Shown here piece by piece: positions 62,301 to 64,000 of a stretch of DNA of 64,000 bases (within the stretch, counting starts at the first letter, position 1; each line of letters opens with the position of its first letter). The DNA comes from Botryllus schlosseri (Eukaryota). Location of the stretch: positions 29,512,001 through 29,576,000 of the forward strand of contig CM119377.1 in the NCBI GenBank assembly GCA_051294905.1, read 5' to 3'. A program made the position numbers and the translations under genes. The notes beneath the pieces were generated by a model. That model made no database searches. It was not told the DNA's origin and saw only the letters and a list, made by a program, of their open reading frames with translations.

Positions 62301-63541
62301 CCAAATTAGATTAGAATTAGAATGACTGAATTCGCAAAAACTTGGAAATTGAAATACGAGAAAAAAATCGCGTTCAGTTCATTCTAATGTGAATGACAAA
62401 TGTCTGTACACTAAGCTTGGCTTGTTTCGCACTATTCAGTTTTCGTGTAGCATTTTCAGGAAAACCAGAAACTAGATTAGAATCAAAATGAGAGTAAAGA
62501 AACATTTCATAAATTAAATTAAATTACCGCATTACGCTATCATTTATCTGAATTAATGATCAAAATCAGATTATATTAGCATACAGAGTCTGCTTGCACC
62601 ACAGATAACGATTGCACTGGAATGAATTTGGATTTTTAGACGTTGTTGAGATCAAGTCACTCCCTTCGAGTCACATGAAATTTTGAGTCATGTCAAGTCA
62701 TTTCAATATATCTCAAGACAAGACACGAGTCAACTCAGGTAAATTTCCAGAGTGACGACAGTAGTTTTAGCAAATTTTTATTCGAGTCATGTTAAGTCAC
62801 TTTGAAATAGGTTGCCTTTGTTTCTAATTGAGGATTTCATTCCATCTCCAGCGTTTTGTCAATTCAGTAATTGTAGTTGTAATCTAATTTGGCAAAAGAA
62901 GTAGATAGAAATTCTAATTTTACTCTAATTTGCAACAAAAGTATACTTGAAGAGCTTCTTGAAGGCGCACAACTACAAAATACAATTGAATACTGAATAA
63001 TGCATTCATATTGAAGTAAACCCAAATATTTTCGGATGACACTCATCTGGAGTAATCGTCGGCATCCTAGTAATGTCCGATTTTGGTGATACAACTGTTG
63101 ATATACAATGTTCTTTCCAATTCTGTACTAGTTTCTGACGATTACCCCTGACGAGTGTCAGCCGAAAACATTCGGGTTCATTTCATCTAGACTACCCTTC
63201 CAAATTGGAAGAAATAATAACCGTAATGTCATTTCAAGAGTTTTGATTTGTTATTGAGCAGCAAAATCTCTCAAGCATCAACGAAAACTCACTTCTGTGC
63301 ATGACCGCGATCATAAACTTGCAAGTGACGCTGTTGCCGGAATCATCGATGGCTTTATATTCTACAGTGTGGATGCCGTCCATAAACTCTCCGGGCAGGT
63401 GCGACGCTAACACCACGGGAGTCTCGCCGCTGTTGTCAACAAATTGTGGCGCCTCCCACGCAACTTGGGTTGTAGTTTTATCGTCATACGATTCTATGTC
63501 AAGATCTTTAGGGCAGCTCAACACTTTCGGAGGGGTCCGAT
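38238..63541 (-). CDS. Large type I membrane protein with HYR, sushi/CCP-like and ephrin-receptor-like (GCC2/GCC3) modules and a long low-complexity tail (SVEP1/hyalin-like module set); 5' part outside the window
   Basis: Exons (-) 63541-63293, 61306-61103, 59675-59452, 58303-58090, 56520-56371, 56041-55836, 50695-50461, 49337-49087, 44129-44045, 42867-42598, 41668-41594, 40862-40769, 38337-38238. They total 2357 nt and form one continuous frame (786 codons including the split first codon) ending ...GRYQHRT*. Confidence 0.82.
39122..40459. mobile_element. Non-autonomous TA-target element (pogo/Fot1-like termini)
   Basis: TIR GGGGAGAGTG(G/T)GTAGGTATGGGCCAC; TA flanks; internal repeats of AGGTATGGGCC. 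Confidence 0.82.
40769..40862 (-). CDS. Cytoplasmic-tail exon
   Basis: ctcataAG|GTDLDHRQQPRHRMPPPGMRPGFPARSPYT+ag|gtacgg. Confidence 0.72.
41594..41668 (-). CDS. Cytoplasmic-tail exon with PPxY motif
   Basis: ttgttAG|PRGRVPAPPPYGYDDYSDWESGSQ+a|gtaagt. Confidence 0.75.
41950..42520. repeat. GACTCGAGTC-rich dispersed element
   Basis: Palindromic GACTCGAGTC clusters. Homologous patches at about 1800-1860, 62660-62800 and 63920-64000. Confidence 0.65.
42598..42867 (-). CDS. Cytoplasmic-tail exon (Pro/Met/Gly-rich)
   Basis: cttttcAG|GKLPMGMRRSSSFDQAPGYQQRRMFDPRMVPG...MAFVSMNQ+g|gtgaca. Confidence 0.78.
44045..44129 (-). CDS. Cytoplasmic-tail exon
   Basis: gtattccAG|PRVADFRGRDSFRRNARFGSGRSSSLDH+g|gtacgg; supplies the phase 0-to-1 change needed. 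Confidence 0.72.
44599..44801 (-). repeat. 3' LTR of the Gypsy element
   Basis: Identical to 48542-48744; preceded by the polypurine tract. Confidence 0.95.
44854..47379 (-). pseudogene. pol: Pol (RT, RNase H, integrase), same frame as gag, interrupted by an in-frame TGA at 45324-45322
   Basis: RT LDLKSAYYQ, RLPFG, YLDN. RNase H ECDASN, TDQ. Integrase H..GHPG...C..C, NVDFKG, HSDRG, SQCER. C-terminal GPVFLR and LRRSTR. Confidence 0.92.
47380..48522 (-). CDS. gag: Gag and aspartic protease part of the gag-pol ORF (ends at a premature in-frame TAA)
   Basis: CFFCGQSFHSRYKC and CGYCGVLGHYEVVC zinc knuckles; protease motif ALIDSGS. Confidence 0.93.
   Translation of the reverse strand: MAQRILKPDKLDISPDSASAEKQYKHWKKTFDNFLSSFDQDTQIDKLKILTNFVSSSVYSYFEESSTYDTAIELLDKIYIKQKNEIFVRHMLVTRIQKPEETIEEFSRALADLAKDCTFKTLSAEDHRKESIRDAFVTGLRSNVIRKRLLESDGAVTLEMAISKARSLEFAQRSSSIYCSTPCSSVGVEPLEKSLNPEVELSSTETHSRLNAMSKTIKPDRKCFFCGQSFHSRYKCPAKRSECGYCGVLGHYEVVCMRKATDNRKTVTAMISYFSAIGVPKCLIKARIVVKIGCHITFALIDSGSAESFISTGYANEIDLKSTPYSSTVTFASKSHSRKIEELYRPDILVNETKYTEFPLKGMKDLCADVVLGLDFMNLH
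48525..48540 (-). promoter_or_regulatory. Non-tRNA primer-binding site, complementary to LTR-internal 48611-48626 (candidate self-priming site)
   Basis: Minus-strand TTTAAGCAACATAGAA starts 1 nt after the 5' LTR and is the exact reverse complement of TTCTATGTTGCTTAAA inside the LTR. No TGG-type tRNA PBS. Confidence 0.7.
48542..48744 (-). repeat. 5' LTR of the Gypsy element
   Basis: TG...CA; AATAAA at 48587-48582 on the minus strand. Confidence 0.95.
49087..49337 (-). CDS. Cytoplasmic-tail exon (Ser/Thr-rich)
   Basis: actgcAG|EVNIEAVQQ...ATTPIKGVLKKPRKRVTSFDD...NAPD|gtaagt. Confidence 0.78.
50461..50695 (-). CDS. Cytoplasmic-tail exon
   Basis: atttcAG|RLRRNSSSEKAGP...EEQALQK+g|gtgggg. Confidence 0.75.
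50932..53997 (+). mobile_element. Decayed hAT-type DNA transposon (hATm-like), 3066 bp
   Basis: About 130-bp TIRs starting TAGGGTTGTTCAGAATTGACCGACTTTC; perfect 8-bp TSD ACGCCGCC; internal fragmented transposase. Confidence 0.9.
51700..53450 (+). pseudogene. Frameshifted, stop-interrupted transposase remnant
   Basis: Fragments ISLHWNGK (acidic residue of the usual LHWDGK replaced by N), KLLG, FDTTSSNNG, ACRHH (CxxH) and DAAER, spread over several frames. Confidence 0.8.
54070..54269 (-). mobile_element. tRNA-derived SINE
   Basis: A-box-like GATAGTGTAATG, B box GGTTCAATCC (54224-54215), then GTCAGACCATAGAC and GGCACTCA..ATAGCATGGA shared with the 21.9-kb copy. No acceptor stem. Confidence 0.65.
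54534..55472. mobile_element. Degenerate hAT-type MITE related to 35060-35932
   Basis: CAGGGGCGGGCAA left end, TTGCCCAGGTCTG right end; TSD GTCTAGGC / GTATATGC (6 of 8 match). Confidence 0.6.
55836..56041 (-). CDS. Transmembrane exon of the HYR/CCP receptor
   Basis: GVVLIVASVLGGVVAVAMGITVIAACW followed by basic stop-transfer KRKKRK; donor CGA|gtgagt. The acceptor (tacaAG) is weak, so the 5' boundary is uncertain. Confidence 0.8.
56150..56275. repeat. Short tandem repeat (about 40-bp unit TTTTGAAAAGTGAGTAGTTCTAGTTTTAGTTCTAATTGAG)
   Basis: About three imperfect copies between the Cys-rich and TM exons. Confidence 0.7.
56371..56520 (-). CDS. Ephrin-receptor-like (GCC2/GCC3) Cys-rich repeat exon
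   Basis: cttttAG|ECPRGSYWLDGDCEFCPLHSFQEKSGSASCVPCPGDRGTRNIGSTHRSH+t|gtgagt. Not in the ORF track in this frame. Confidence 0.88.
58090..58303 (-). CDS. Linker exon leading into the Cys-rich repeat
   Basis: ccgaccAG|VDLGRTEEVKTM...VTILCRKGFKSVSEGC+g|gtaagt; phase 0-1. Confidence 0.8.
58308..58738. repeat. Tandem duplication, 221-bp period, two near-identical copies
   Basis: Copies start at 58308 and 58529; the second lacks about 12 bp. Confidence 0.9.
59452..59675 (-). CDS. Cys-containing linker exon of the HYR/CCP receptor
   Basis: cactttcAG|PDIGNPQQVVTLEYVCPC...ECIERSTVQLMIK|gtaagc; phase 1-0. Confidence 0.75.
61103..61306 (-). CDS. Sushi/CCP-like domain exon
   Basis: Phase 1-1: TRCGSPWVPPNSYLTC...VCQVDCSPGYE...RC...W...VCK. 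Confidence 0.82.
61440..62330. repeat. Higher-order satellite: about 40-bp subunits, 119-bp unit, 238-bp alternation
   Basis: CCTATTT recurs at 61494, 61613, 61732, 61851, 61970 and 62089. Confidence 0.92.
62300..62560 (+). repeat. Dispersed repeat family 'R1' (TTCCAAATTAGATT...ATGAGAATGGC...CATTTTCAGGAAA)
   Basis: Recognisable copies at about 1290-1480, 25440-25560, 31385-31740, 36050-36160 (reverse), 38395-38720, 41742-41940, 56660-56990 and 62300-62560. No clear TIR or TSD. Confidence 0.75.
63293..63541 (-). CDS. HYR-domain exon
   Basis: Phase 1-1, 249 nt: DRTPPKVLSCPKDL...VAWEAPQFVDNSG...GEFMDGIHTVEYKAIDDSGNSVTCKFMIAV (typical HYR pattern). Confidence 0.9.
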
Positions 63542-64000
63542 CTGGAAAATGACAAATTGTACACAATTATGAGTGACTTTTTGAGATTCATTTCTCAAAC
63601 GGATGGAAGAATCAAGTTTTTGTAAAATTTTCATTTCTCCGGCTGTATCTCGGCCCTGATTAAGGGGCAAGGTGCACCTGAAATTGAAAAAAATTGAAAT
63701 TTCGCTTTAATGTTGAAATCTGCTGTATTGGACTTGATCTTCTATCTGTCCAAATATTTCAATGATTGGACAAGACGAAGCGTGAGAAATGTAACACTTT
63801 GGCAAACTTGTTTTCTGGCAGGAACTGATGGGCTTGTGCACTTTCGGACCACATACACTACAACGCAGGGTTGCAACCAAGTCTAAAGGTTCCGAGTCAC
63901 AAATCAGTCTCACTTTTATAGTTTTGACTCGAGTCAAGTCCATTTTTAATTCACCACCAAGTCAAGTCCGAGTCCAAGTCATTGTGTTCATCAGTTCAAC

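Overview
AT-rich, intron-rich animal genomic DNA. An invertebrate chordate such as an ascidian is plausible from gene content and repeat landscape, but this is inference only. Four spliced genes were reconstructed by hand with consistent splice phases. (1) The last exon of a rhomboid protease (782-1038, +). (2) A tandem, diverged second rhomboid paralog (about 13.9-23.5 kb, +) with catalytic Ser and His intact. (3) A complete 8-exon LRR + Ig + TM receptor (33980-25657, -; 415 aa) ending in Tyr motifs. (4) The 3' 13 exons of a large type I membrane protein (63541-38238, -): HYR, sushi/CCP-like, ephrin-receptor-like Cys-rich repeat, TM, and a long Pro/Gly/Met/Arg-rich tail with a PPxY motif. Introns are packed with mobile DNA. 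This includes a full-length Ty3/Gypsy LTR element with identical LTRs and a 5-bp TSD, a decayed 3-kb hAT-type transposon, an unclassified 2.7-kb CAC-terminated TIR element, many hAT-type and TA-target MITEs, tRNA-derived SINEs and a higher-order satellite. The most striking observation is that the LTR element has no tRNA-type PBS. Its PBS position is instead a perfect 16-nt complement of a sequence inside its own LTR, the geometry of Tf1-type self-priming. No rRNA, functional tRNA or CRISPR array was found. All exon structures and family calls are manual and unverified by database search.
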